DNA of 64,000 nucleotides from NCBI GenBank assembly GCA_000934665.2, contig KZ538283.1, positions 1 through 64,000 of the forward strand, written 5' to 3'. Positions 1-12,066 of this stretch are shown here, in pieces. Under the pieces are notes generated by a model. The model was not told the origin of the DNA, did not search any database, and saw only the letters and a list, made by a program, of their open reading frames with translations. Every line of letters begins with the position of its first letter. The stretch's first letter is position 1. The translations under genes and the position numbers were made by a program. The stretch is from Catajapyx aquilonaris. Its lineage: Eukaryota.

Positions 1-632
1 CCTGCTACAGAAGGCCTAAAGAGGGACATGTCCACTAAAAGAAAATAATACATTCCCACACATGAAGAGCATCGACTCTCACACTCGTCAAAAACAAGCA
101 AAAAATGATAAGAAACTGCGTATGTTCCCAAATTATTGTGTCTGCAGTACGCCACCCCCATCATCACAGGATATTACTCTCGAACTGATATACTTCAAGG
201 GGTACTCTCTCAAAAGCAACGTGTATCCCATGGTACATAGCGTTGCGATTTTTTTTTAAATTCCCATTGTGTACTGCAGTATGTACATTAGTAAGTACAA
301 TGAAGTACACAATTTGCTGTGTATACCATGCATACACATTGTATTTAGAGCGCTTAAAACTTGTCATAGATAAAATCCTGCTCTATTGAAAAAATACTTG
401 TGGATCGCTGCGAGAGCCAATAATAAATTGATATGAAGAAATTAATATGAAGAAAAGATAACTAACTCTGCTCGAGTATATGTGCAGGAAGCGCTCACCT
501 ACAATCCTGTAGTGTTGACTAGTACAAAATGAAGGATTAAAAATTGCAAAAAAAATATATCTAAAAATATGAACGTGGATCAGTTAAAAGAAAACATAAT
601 AACTTAATAATGCCGATTGCTCGAAACATTTA

Positions 633-787
633 TTATGCATATTTAATGGGAGGTTCCTGGTTACAATTAATCATTGCGAATGGTGACGGTGATGACGGTG
701 CTTCAATATTCCTTCGAGCGTTCCTCTCTGCATTTCTTGCTCCTCCTCCTCCAAGGGGTTTATGTGAACAGGAGCTATGTCCTGCAT
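633..787 (-). CDS. Candidate terminal coding exon, product unrecognised
   Basis: Minus-strand acceptor tctgttctcttcctcAG lies just upstream of 787. The phase-1 frame is open to TAA at 635-633 (D-AGHSSCSHKPLGGGGARNAERNARRNIEAPSSPSPFAMINCNQEPPIKYA*), with AATAAA overlapping the stop and AT-rich sequence downstream. The alternative phase-0 frame reads MQDIAPVHINPLEEEEQEMQRGTLEGILKHRHHRHHSQ* (TGA 673-671). No homology recognised. Confidence 0.35.
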
Positions 788-1074
788 CTGAGGAAGAGAA
801 CAGATAGTTGTGAAACTATTGGTCATCACTCACTTTATAGAGACAGAGACATTAAATAGGACGTTTGAAATCGTAGATTCGGTTATGCTGAAGTAAAAAA
901 GGCGCATTTATTAGTGTAATATAGTGTGTATTGTACACAGCCTATACAGAGCATCTATGCCCTTCTTTTGGAGATTTGGACATGGTGTCACCCTACATGA
1001 AATTATGTTCAATATTATGTGTTATGAACATGTTCATAGGTCTCCTCGTAATGAAGCAATAACTCCTGCGAATT

Positions 1075-1137
1075 GGGGGCGTATCTCAGTGGTAGAGCCT
1101 TGCATGTGAAAGGTCCCGGGTTCGATCCCCGGCACCA
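1075..1137 (+). pseudogene. tRNA-Ala(TGC)-derived pseudogene / SINE head
   Basis: GGGGGCGTATCTCAGTGGTAGAGC-CTTGCATGTGAAAGGTCCCGGGTTCGATCCCCGGCACCA closely resembles metazoan tRNA-Ala. It keeps an A-box-like segment, the B box GGTTCGATCC and the T-arm, but the 5' strand of the anticodon stem is deleted. Followed by T6. Confidence 0.85.
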
Positions 1138-1286
1138 TTTTTTAGCCCCTTGGGATTGGAAGCACGACACGAGAGGGAAAAGCTCCCGAAGTTAGAGGCA
1201 TATTTGTTTATTGTCTGGGAGCACCAGGGAGTACCAGGGAGTACCACTGCAGGTGTACACCGGAGTACCGAAGTGAGTACCCCCTT
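1075..1286 (+). mobile_element. Putative tRNA-derived SINE (head plus body with GGGAGTACCA-type short repeats)
   Basis: tRNA-Ala-like head followed by about 150 bp of non-tRNA sequence with tandem gggagcacca/gggagtacca units, ending where mariner homology starts. No TSD identified. Confidence 0.5.
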
Positions 1287-1929
1287 GGCCAGGACAAACG
1301 AATATGCAGGGTGGGGAACAGTGGTCATGTTATTTTTTATCAGGAAGTCCCTGACTACGCGTGAGGTGTGTGCAGGCGGCATTGTCATGGTGCAGCAACC
1401 ACTCTATAATTATGTTCTTCCACATCTCCGGCCATTTGAGCCTAAATCGTCTCAAACCATCCCAGTAGGCCCTAATACTTGCCATTGACAGTTTTACCAG
1501 GAGGGAGAAACTCCATATGCATAATTCCTAAAATGTCAAAGAAAATGATCAGCATTGAGTTGATTTTGCCGCGAACTTGACGCGCCACCTTCGAAGCTGT
1601 TAACCCACTCATATATGTTATTGCTTGTCTTACAACTTGCTCATCAAAAGCCTTGTTCAGCATTCGGTTGGTTGCATCCGAAGTTTTGTTGAGCTGGAAG
1701 CAAAATTTACAAATCTTTTGCTCCCTAACGATTTCGAAAAATCGCAGAAGCACAAGAACATGGTGTCAAGAAAACTGCAGAAACTCGGAAACATGCGCAC
1801 TATGAAGACGAAATTTTTCAGACTAATAGATGAAAGGTGTACCTAGCGCCCCCTAACGTCACAAGTTCGTAGCTCCACTGGATTTCACGGTATAGCGACA
1901 GTCCGGGAACTTTTTGATCACACCTCGTA
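1287..1929 (-). mobile_element. Mariner (Tc1/mariner superfamily) relic: left TIR plus frameshifted, internally deleted transposase
   Basis: Minus strand starts TA-CGAGGTGTGATCAAAAAGTTCCCGGACT (mariner-type TIR). Translations give EQKICKFCFQLNK..RMLNKAF..YEWVNSFEGG (N-terminal HTH), ARQVRGKINSMLIIFFDILGIMHMEFLPPGKTVNGKY, WLLHHDNA-AHTSRVVRDFLIKNNMTTVPHPAYSFVLA (HDNA and degenerate YSPDLA motifs). Confidence 0.92.
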
Positions 1930-2024
1930 CACCTTTAAATTATTTCCGTAGTTTCCATCGATGTGTGGAAGCCGCAAAGAAAGCATACATTCTCTCAAGG
2001 GTTCCAAAAAATTTCACACATCAC

Positions 2025-2098
2025 TTGGGTGTCACCCCCTTTGAGAGTGGCACCCGGTGCGGTCCGCACCCCCCGCACCTGCCTAGCGACGCCACTGG
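2025..2098 (-). mobile_element. Orphan MITE terminus (CAGTGGCGTCGCTAGG-type end)
   Basis: Minus strand reads CAGTGGCGTCGCTAGGCAGGTGCGGGGGGTGCGGACCGCACCGGGTGCCAC, resembling the GC-rich ends of common animal non-autonomous DNA transposons. No partner end found. Confidence 0.5.
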
Positions 2099-2962
2099 CA
2101 TAGCAACAAGAATATGTTTATAAACCAAGTAAGATGATACTAGCTGGCAGATATTCCATTCGTGCGAGTGCACCGAGCAGAGCAACGTCATCTTAGGAAT
2201 ACGCCCAGAGTGAAATAGCTTCATCCATTAATCAGCAAAGACGCTGGGAGGCCCCCATATACCGACTTGGTCTTCCGCCACTTTCCTTCCCCCTTTAGCA
2301 CCAGACTTTCCTCACAAACATCTCCAGATTCCAAGTCCAATAAACTACGAGAAGGCCTTAGTGTCATGACCACACCCTTAATTCGGCCAAACCCCAGTAA
2401 TTATGCAACGGGAGTCAAAACCCTTCCCGCTGTCTCGCGGAGATGTCTCCATTTGCGAGGCTGAGAGAGTGGTCAACACACAGTCTTTAGCCGCACTAAC
2501 CTCTGACCTCCCCCAAACCTGACTTTTCTATATATCGACAAAGCTTCCTTCTCCTTCAACCCTCCACCACACCAACCCCCTCCTACTTTTGTCCAATATT
2601 GTAGCCATGGAGACGGGCGGAGTGGGTTATAGGATTGGAAAGAAGAGTGTTTCATCGTATAGCATACGGATAATTATAAACGCTTAATGAGCCACAGATA
2701 CTGCGGGGAGGGATTAAGTTTCCCGTCATCTTTTGTCCTGCGCCATTGTTCTCGATTAAAAGGCCGAGTGCTCTCTGGTAATGGGAAGGGCAATATCTGA
2801 AGAAAGCTGGGGGGGGGGGGTGTCTTCTTCTTCGTCTTCTTCTTTTTATTATTGAGAGAAATATATGGAGAGAAAAAAGTTGGTTAAGAGGACTGTACTG
2901 TTCATATCAGGAAGTTATATGCACCATGTACTACAAGTATGACTCTATACATTTTATTTTTC

Positions 2963-3206
2963 TGCTATTGATGATTTTTCTTACGAGCGCAACCGAATGC
3001 ACACCCACACTCGCGCAAGTCCAGTGTTCCGACAACAACGTTGCCACATTACTCCTCAGGGGCCAAATTCACATCAGTTCCATAGCCTTGGCAACGTCGC
3101 AGAAAGTCGGCTATACTGCCCTCAAGAGTGGTGTTGGAAACAATTTGCGCAAACTATGTTGCGCACTCGGTTGCGCTAATTAAAAATTCATCTACGTACG
3201 ACTATA
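2963..3206. mobile_element. MITE family A, copy 1
   Basis: Imperfect TIRs: gatgatttttcttacgagcgcaaccgaatgcaca versus the reverse complement of tgcgcactcggttgcgctaattaaaaattcatc. The left end also matches the reverse complement of about 16630-16710. Confidence 0.75.
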
Positions 3207-4575
3207 AGTTGAGTTTCGTCATCGGTTTAGTCCGAAGTATATACGTCATAATCACATCTTGAAAAACCTCTTGCGTAGTTGAGTATAATTTCCTCCCCAG
3301 GAGATTATGCGTGAAATCTTCTTACAAAGCGGCCGTTGCACAACCTGTTTCGACTTTGCACCCACGCGCAGAAACCACGTCTGAATTGTCGCGTAGGCTT
3401 CGTGTCATGCTGGGATTCAGAGTTAGGTCACAAGTTTGGGGGCCATAAGCGAAATGGAACTACACGAAACCCACCCCCTTCCCTCATCGCCAGTTCAAAT
3501 AAACATCGAGCGCGTTTGATTAAAACCGTGAATAATGGGGTCAGAAAATTGACATTTATGGAATTTGGGTTTTCCCCACCAGCCAATGGACGCACCGAAA
3601 CGGTCTCGAACAAAACGCCCCCCCATAAAGTGTAATAAATACAAAGAGCCTCGGCGTCGCTCGCAATTTATCCCGGTTTTCCGAACAAACTTTGGGAGAG
3701 AACGGCCTCCCGTTCCTCTCTGCCAATTTCCAATTGGCGTAGTGACGGAAATCTGTGCAGACGACAATTTTTCAACGTAAATGGCCAAGTTTGCGGCTGA
3801 CCCCCCCTCTCCCAACCTCCCAGCTATTTTTAGCCTGTAATTGGCAGACTCGTGAAGGTAAATGGAGATCTCAGCTCCGTTAACAAATCGAACCATGGCC
3901 GCAGCCCTCGGGAACAAATGACTTAGCGGTGCGACTGGTGGGGACCTCAATTCCTCCCATTGCACCAAACGTAATATAGGCCACAATAGTCGACATAACC
4001 AACAGATTAGCAATTTGTGCAGATGTGTGTGTAAAGTAACATGGAGTCTAAGCAACATTAGAGCTAAGATCAAAAAGCGATTGAGATTCAGGGGATGATA
4101 AGGGCCAAGGAGGAATTTGGTGTGCTTGGAGCCTTAGTATGGCCATCCCAACCTTCCTCTCCTCAGATTATCCCCTGTCAGGAAGGTTTCCGGAGTCGGG
4201 GCCAAAAAGAACCTCCAGGGATCCTTCCCAGGACACAGGGAAGCTCGATGCGGATAATTACCACCCTCCCCCTCCTTCCCTCGCCTCCTCCTACCCCCTT
4301 TACCTTTACTCCACTTTTACGAGGCTGACTGAATTACAGAGCGTGACTCCCTTCTCCTGGGCTATCTTTTTCCTTGGTTCACATCCTCGCTCCTTGATTT
4401 TCCGGCCTAATTGAAAAGAACGCCGCTGCTCTGGACTCCCAGGCTATATCTTAGACCCCTGTGCGACTGGGAATATATTCATTATCCGGAGTTATATACA
4501 CACACACCCGGAGACAAAGACAGGCTCACTGGCCGGGATAATTATTAATTATCTTATACAATAATTAGGGGAGAC

Positions 4576-4651
4576 TGTCCGTGGTGACTCATCACCAACG
4601 TGCATGTAGTGGAGAGCGGCAGTAGTGAGCAGAGAACCTGTGCGCCACCTG
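4576..4651 (-). repeat. Dispersed repeat B, copy 1
   Basis: Reverse complement aligns to 29964-30056 (ctctgc-cactactgccgctctc ... ctacatgcac-ttggtgatgagtcacc ... cggaca). Confidence 0.8.
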
Positions 4652-5004
4652 TTAGTGCAATTTCGTACTAGTTCCAAGTTGGCCGGGCAGTGTTGCCAAG
4701 TTTCCGCAACTGGTTCACTCTCGTAATAATTATTATGGAGAGGCTTTCTGCCGGGTTTGGGCCCCTTTTGAGATTTTATTCCCAGTCTTTGGGATGAAGA
4801 GGGCAAATAGGAGTTTGAGTGTGTGGAGGAAGCTGGGGAGCTGAAGAAGCTCTCGTTTAATAGGGAGAGGGGGCGGGGGTCTCTAGAGGGTGTTGCTACT
4901 ACACATCGTTTGTAGGAGGTAAATACCTCTGGGTTTCCAACTTGAGCTGCAAGCCAAGTTAATAAGCCTGCGCTTCTGCCGCATTTTATCTATATCCTTC
5001 AGAG

Positions 5005-5023
5005 TCTCTCTCTCTCTCTCTCT
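5005..5023. repeat. (CT)n microsatellite
   Basis: Direct inspection: tctctctctctctctctct. Confidence 0.9.
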
Positions 5024-8000
5024 ACCATATTGTTGCACTACAGAGGGCATGACATGTGCACTGGTTAGATTTCCACTAATTCACGAGCCCGCACACGCAT
5101 CAGCTCGCCCTCGTAGCTCCAGTTTCACCCCGCCGGCGATAAAATCCATTGTCATCCGGCTGCGATTATCGTTATCCTCTGCGGTCCCCAGCACCATCCC
5201 CATCCTCCCCCAACCTCACCCAGTCAACAAAAACAAGGTTTAAAATGCTGTAAATGAGAGATAAACGCTTCGGGCAAGAATGCACTTGCCCGAGTCGGCT
5301 TGGACCATCTCCTAGCTCTCGTGCAATGAATGCTGCACGTATAGTATACATGAGGCTCAATTGATTTAATCCTCACTCCTGCTGGCCTCTCTGGACCACA
5401 CATCCGCATCATGCAGGTAAATTGAATGGGTGTCAATAACGCCACTTATCTGCCATGTGTGTGAGTCCGGGAGAGGGGAGGGGGAAAGGGCGGCCATGAA
5501 AGTGTGAACGGAGAGATTAACAATGGGCATGGTGATGCGGTTATGTCAATTAACATTTATTAAATGAGAGATTAGATCTCTCGCCGGATGCCAAATGACT
5601 CCTGTCGGCTCATTTAATTATTCTGGACCCGCGCGTGTAACAAAACTGCGGTTTTTGTGTGTGTAAAAAAAAGCGAACCTCTCATTAAGCAAACTAGTTG
5701 TTATTTAATATCACCGCACTTATCTGATAGGTCCACCCCGGAATTCAAGCTTGAAAAAAATACTGACAAAATGATTTATTTTGCTTTTCCTATGAATATG
5801 ACAAACAAATCTATATTCGTTGAGAGATGGGTATAAAGTAGCTCTTATTTTTTCTCTCTCTATATGAGAGGCCAAGGCAAGAAATCTTGGTATCGACCTT
5901 ACTCCTTCACTTGCCATTAATTCACTCTCAACAGATCCGTGGCCCTGGAAAATTGATCGGAAAGTTCCTCATAGAAAAGAGGGACCTATTGTGAGACGTC
6001 GACTGAATGATGCCTCTGCTTTTCGTTTGATGTGCTGCCGCTCTGCATTCTGTGGGCCATATCATAATGGATCCGATGCAAAAACATTGGGAAGGTCAAG
6101 TGTTGCAGAATCCCCCCCTCATTGTTATTTATTGTTATGAATCACGTGGATTTTTGCAAAACACACATCTGTGGCCTACACGCAACATTTTGCCTGATCC
6201 TCTTTTGTAATACGGTTATACAATTAGAGCTCCTTAGGCCCGGTTTTTAAAAGGAACAAAGATCCGTAGGAAGGCAGCATGGAGGGCTCCCCTGCGTAAT
6301 CCGATTCCAGGTTTGAAATATGACAAAGCAAGGGCCCCATGTTCCCTGAGCAAGAGAGCAGTTTCGCACAGCAGATACCGCACGCGCGGTTGTAAGACGG
6401 AAAATATTGGCAATGAACAAAGAGATGATTGTATGCGCCTAATTACTCCGCATTGTTCTGAAGGCACTGGGTGGCAATTAGCCTCCTGTTGCTCCAGCTC
6501 CATCTGCATGCAAATCTGCCCCTTTGCTCAACAGACGAAGAAGGAAGAGAGAGAGAAAAAAAAGGTTAAAGAGAGACATGGGTCCCTTGCTTGCAATGTT
6601 TATTGTTGTGACAGGGTTTGGCCCTCTCAAAGTAACAGGGCCTACAACTATATATAGAGAGCCATTTTCACCAGGCGTCTTGATCAAACCTGGTTGAGAG
6701 GTTGGCTCAATTAATGCCTTATTACCGAATGCAAACAAGGGCTTTCTAGACTCCTTTCCAAATGGTTGCCTTACAATCTTCACATAATTGGCCACGCCTT
6801 ATGACCGCTTTCCAAATACACCTGCCTTTTAAAACATGCCCTTAATATCATTCCCTCCCCCCCGACTCGAAACATTGCTGCCTTAAAACTATAGGGAGCA
6901 ATTACGTTAGGTTAAACTAGTTACCGTGGGGGGGAAGCAGAAGTCTTGAGTGAAGAATGCTAATTCGCGTAATAATCGTGCTGCTCCGCGGGATGCATTA
7001 AGGACAATAAGATCACGGCTGTTTTAACTGCCGGTTCATAACCGTGAGTAATTATGGCTTTTAGTGGAACAGGACAGACAAGCGGACATTTGGAGACGTG
7101 TATGTGGCTCCAACTTAATATACACGTCACTTTAATGGACTGCCGGACGTCCAGTTTTGTTTGGAAGGGGGGGACCTAGGACACCCCCCCCCCCCCTCTA
7201 GAGAGGTAGGCTTTTTAATACAGTCCTTGTCCCTTGCTAAAGTTGCTTCAAAGCCTTATTACGCGGGGCTTTGACGCGCCTCCTGTTATGAGAGCATTAT
7301 GGCCGAACAACTTTATTACCAGGAAGAGTGCTACTATAATGATGGATATTCCCACAGGAAATAAACGGATAGTTTTTGCGCCGACATTTTAATGGGAAAG
7401 TCTAAGGTTAGAAAATAGCTACTTCGGCTTTCTTTATATATATTTATTTTTTTTCTTCTTCTGGATTCATTCTAAGGAAGCGGAGAGAGGGGCGCAAAAG
7501 ATAACAGGAATCAAGATTGACAGCCGTGTTGCTCCGTTCTGATCCTATTGTCCACCGAGCTGTTTCAGGACAAGTCAGTCGGAAACTGAAGGAGGGAGAG
7601 TGGATGGCGTCGAATTATTGCGCAGTTGAAATCAAACTGCAGGCAACAGGAAAGGGGACCCGACCCATTTTTTTTTGGGGGGGGGGGACATTTTTTTGTG
7701 TCTTTCTTCTGTCACCTACTATCAACGTTGGGCTTAAAAATACTGCTGCAATTCGGAGGTGACATTTTTTTGGCGTCCAAAATGCCGCATCGCCCGTGTG
7801 TTCTAACAAACAAAAAGCAACGCCAACTTCGCAACAATTAGAAATTATCATCCCCAATTCAAAATAATCAGAAATGACAAATCTAATTTTAATGCAACTT
7901 TTTTTTAAAAAACGCAGTTCCCCCTCACAGCCAACAGCAATTCAAAAACTTTTCTCCCCAGTCTTTTGCAAACTCGAAATCTCAACATTGCCCAACAAAC

Positions 8001-8550
8001 CGCCACTTATTTGACACTCTTACCGTCTCCGAGATTCAATTACGACTTGGCTGCGTTTAAAATTGGACAAGAGAAGCGTGTTTCACTTTTTTTTTAACGA
8101 CCGCGTGATTTAATTTGTGGGTAGGGAGTAAGTTACAGCGAAGGTCTGCTTAACGAGCGTAATTAATGTTACGGCACAGTACGTCTCCATATTTTCAGTA
8201 CAGTACTCAGATTTTTATTTTTATTTTTCTTTGTTCTGTGTTGCGACGACTTAGGTGGATCTGAGGCTTTTTTTAAGGGAGGTCTGGCCATTTCAACCCG
8301 GTTTCTACCCAAAAAAAAGTTCAACTTAGACCCATTTAATTCCCGTCTGCCGGGGAATCAAAGTTTGAAAACTCCGGTGGAGTCGGGCGGGCGTCAAGTC
8401 TAGATGGAAGGAAGGGGGGGAAGGCGAGGAGAATGGTGAAAAGAGGGTACAAAAAATGCATTTTTTTCTCATTTTTAATTTTTTTTAAAAGTGAACAACT
8501 GGAGAGAAATGCGAAGCATCCAATCATCCTGATCAAAGCTGGGGTGCGTG

Positions 8551-8638
8551 TAGAGGGTGTTTCAATCCATACTGATATATAACACATCTGTATGCCCAAA
8601 TCTTAAGTTTGTGGGGATCACTATCGAAGCACCCTGTA
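8551..8638. mobile_element. Very short Tc1/mariner-type MITE
   Basis: Left end TAGAGGGTGTTTC and right-end reverse complement TACAGGGTGCTTC form an imperfect TIR with TA flanks. Confidence 0.45.
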
Positions 8639-11600
8639 GCCCCCTCAATATGATTGATGCATTTTACCGGGCGGGGAAAAGGTCAAGTGGAATTAAAAAT
8701 TTGAGGTCTTGCTAATATAATCGGAGGAGGGTTTGAGTGGACTTACAGTGCACCTAATGGGTGTTGATAATGAAACTTTCATAAATGAAAAGCTCAGGCC
8801 CATCGCTATAAATTAAGAGTACTTGGAGCTTTTGAAGGAGGGGGGGGGGGATTTTTAATTCCACCAGCGATATTTTTCTAACGCGATTCCCTGAAAAGTA
8901 TCTGTTTACTCGAAATTTAAATGATTAATTTTTAGGGACCACGAAAAATGTTAGCTCATTGAACATGTCACAAATAATTTAGGAAAGTAATGGCAATATT
9001 TGGCAATATGTAACCTTTTCAGATAAACTATCCCAGAGTTATTTAAAAAGATGCGAATATTATCTTGGTATTATAGGAACTAATATTTAGACAGCCTGTG
9101 CGAAAATCTCTCGGCTGCATTATTTGGAACTCTCTTCCACATTTCTCTCGACAGTCAATGCGTCAGTTGTCTTTCTCTGCGGCAGATTTCTTATCTCGCC
9201 GAGTAAGTGCTGTCCTATTGTCCCCAAAAGGTGCTGGAGTAGCCAATAATATTTTTACGGTCTTAATCCATCCATGACGAGTTTTTAGCGACGGCAACGC
9301 TCTTTGAATTCAGCTCGTGCGAGTCAATCTCTGTGTGCCCAACGCAGTAATCCTCCGAGGGTACGCCCTCCCCCAAAAAAAAAAATCAGCTCCGATTTTT
9401 TTATGGCGAGGCATAAAGCCAGCTCAGCTATATATCATTATTTACCATATACCAATTCCCCTCCCCAACATCATCCTCCGACATGGAATATCACTAGTCA
9501 TGAACGTCAATCGACAGGACTGTCCGCCATTTTTATGACGTAGTGGAGGTCGAAAAGGACCCTGCCCACTGACCATAAAACAAACGTAATCTTTGGCCAA
9601 GGCTAGTTTTTCTCAGACTTGAAAATTTGACCCTCTGACTTCTTCCGGATTTTTTTTTTTAACATTGCAGCATGTAGCATGTAACTGCTCTTTTAGTAAC
9701 GGTTACATCGATAACAACTATGCGACCGGCGCCATCTTAGTCCAATGGCACATAAGCCTTGTCCAATGCGAAGGACACGGCAATAATAGTCTGACAGAAA
9801 ACCCAAGTTGCGATAGTCATCATAATTTGAAGGCCCAGCAACTAACACTTGAGAACTCTTCTCCAAACACAATGTCGGTTGAGTCCGAGTGACATGAGAG
9901 AATGGGAAATTAGCGCCCCCCCCTCTTTTTCTAACAAGCTGGGAATCCATTGTGCCGTGGACAACTTCACTCGCAAGCCTTACAAATAAAGTTCTATGGC
10001 AGGGTGGGGGATGGTGGGTGGGTGGGAGAGAGTGGGGAGGATTTGCATCTGACTCGCCAACAAATGAGCTTCATCGCATTGCCATTCGCGGCACGCAAGG
10101 CAAGACAGTTGGAAACGGGGGAAAAAAAAGAGGGATGGGGAAATGTTGGGCTTTGTGTCCTCCACACCCCTACTTCGTTTGAATATGCTGACACTTAATT
10201 TTAATCAAGCATATTTTCTTGCACTATGTTGTGGAGCCCCGCGAAAAAAAACAAAACATATATGCTGGAGAGATGGCCTGCTGTGTTGGAATGAATTGGT
10301 TCGTTGCCTTTAATGACATAATTAAAAGGTTTTGGTTGCAAACCGCCCTGCTATAAAGTGTTATGACGCTTCTCAGAACTAATTTCCATGTTTACATAAA
10401 CTAAATTGGACGCGTCGTGAATTTTATGGCGAGCTGCTTTTCAGAGTGCCATAACAATCCAGCATGGGGTGTGGAGACAAGGTATGGAAGATTATCACTG
10501 ATAATGTCCAGAATTTTATCAGCTATAACGCTCGTGCTTTTAGTAACAATTTCGAGGATGAGCGATAAGTTTCCGTTTCGCCAAGTGAATTAGCACAAAA
10601 CCCAAACACTTAATGTTTAACTATCTGTTCAAGTTAAGGGTGTAAATAAAGTCTCATGTGTTCAGTCGCATGTTGATGGGAAACTTTTCTGGCTATAGTA
10701 CCACAAATTAAAAATTATGTTAAAATATTTTAACAATCTGCTACCGGGTGGTTGTAGGGCATCACAATGCTGTAGCCGCAATAATATTAGTTATTTAGCA
10801 TGATCAAAATGGAATAGCAGCAGCGCCTTCCGTGGTATGGAATCTAGAGGTAATATAAGCGTGGCGTAATATTCAGAAGCTTTGTTACCTCTAACAGTCA
10901 GGTAATGGCCAACGTATCTTATGCAATACCCTGACGACAAAGGGACCGAAAGGCAGGGATTTCCGTGGCCTTCGCCGCTTCTCATTAAGAAGGTACTAAT
11001 GAAAATGGACTTGCAAGAACGTGGGCCATGCTACGTCCCCGGTACGTTACGAGCTCAGTGAGAGGTTAAATCTAGGGAAAATTGTGAATTCCCCCCCTCC
11101 CACTCCCTTCATTACAAGTCTTATCCTAACAGCTTCGGAAAATAAATCACTGGAATTATTTGGTCAAGATATGATCCCCTTCCTATGACGCTCGCAATCA
11201 GAAATGTTTAGCGTAATACGATTTTCCATGTAGTTAACATGCTGGTATCATGAAGGAAAATTCTCTTAGTTTTTTTTAAACCTGCAAAAGCCTGCAACTA
11301 ACAGGCGGTTTGAGAAATCTTGTACTCTCCAGATGACGAATAACTCCATGATAATGAAACTTTGCATTTTAAATCAGTTGTTCCCCCCATCTCAAAACTT
11401 ATTAAAGAATGGAAATTCATGCCTGATTCCATAAACTTTTGGCATCGCAAATTGCTGTTTCGATACCGCACGTTCAGTGCGTGATGGCCGCCGAAAAAGT
11501 TTCTTGCACAATGGACGTCAGTGCAGAGAATTTTTAATGCACTTCTTTGCATAATCAAATTAGCGCGATTTCTAGACTGTGGCAAAAAATAATCTGCCGC

Positions 11601-12045
11601 ACTTTGTGTCGACTAGTCTGGCAAACTTATAATTGCAATTTCTAAAAAACAAGTTACGCAACACTTTTTTTTGTTGCCATGTGTGTTTGGTCCATCCTCA
11701 TGCAAATCTGGGATCCAAATGCAAGCCCATGTAAAGCACATTAGATTAAAAACGGTCAAGCTCATAAATAAATTCGGAGGGTTGACCCTCCCTTTTCTCA
11801 TGATCTCTCCACGTGCTGGTTCCACATTTTTATGTATATGCTTCCAAAAGTTTGGAACTTGGAAGCGAAGAAAAAAAAATATGACAAGACAACTCACACG
11901 CTGAGATTCATCTTGTGGCTGGTTTTACGAGGGAAATGGCGAGGAAAAAAATGTTTTTTTTTTTGGAGACTAGATACTACATGTAGCGGCAGCTATAGAT
12001 GTTAGGATAGGGTGGAAAGATGGAGTAGAAAAGAAAGTTGGAAAA

Positions 12046-12066
12046 AGAAGAAGAAGAAGAAGAAGA
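12046..12066. repeat. (AAG)n microsatellite
   Basis: Direct inspection: aagaagaagaagaagaagaag. Confidence 0.85.

Noticed and set aside
1075..1137. Functional tRNA-Ala gene
   Set aside because: The anticodon stem cannot form because its 5' strand is deleted, and the acceptor end is altered.
3495..4073. 192-aa minus-strand ORF and other 100-170 aa ORFs in the track
   Set aside because: Many have non-ATG starts or low-complexity K/F/G/P runs from homopolymers; no recognisable homology.
8024..8050. 27-nt minus-strand exon candidate
   Set aside because: Open only in phase 2, incompatible with the phase-1 model, with no other support.
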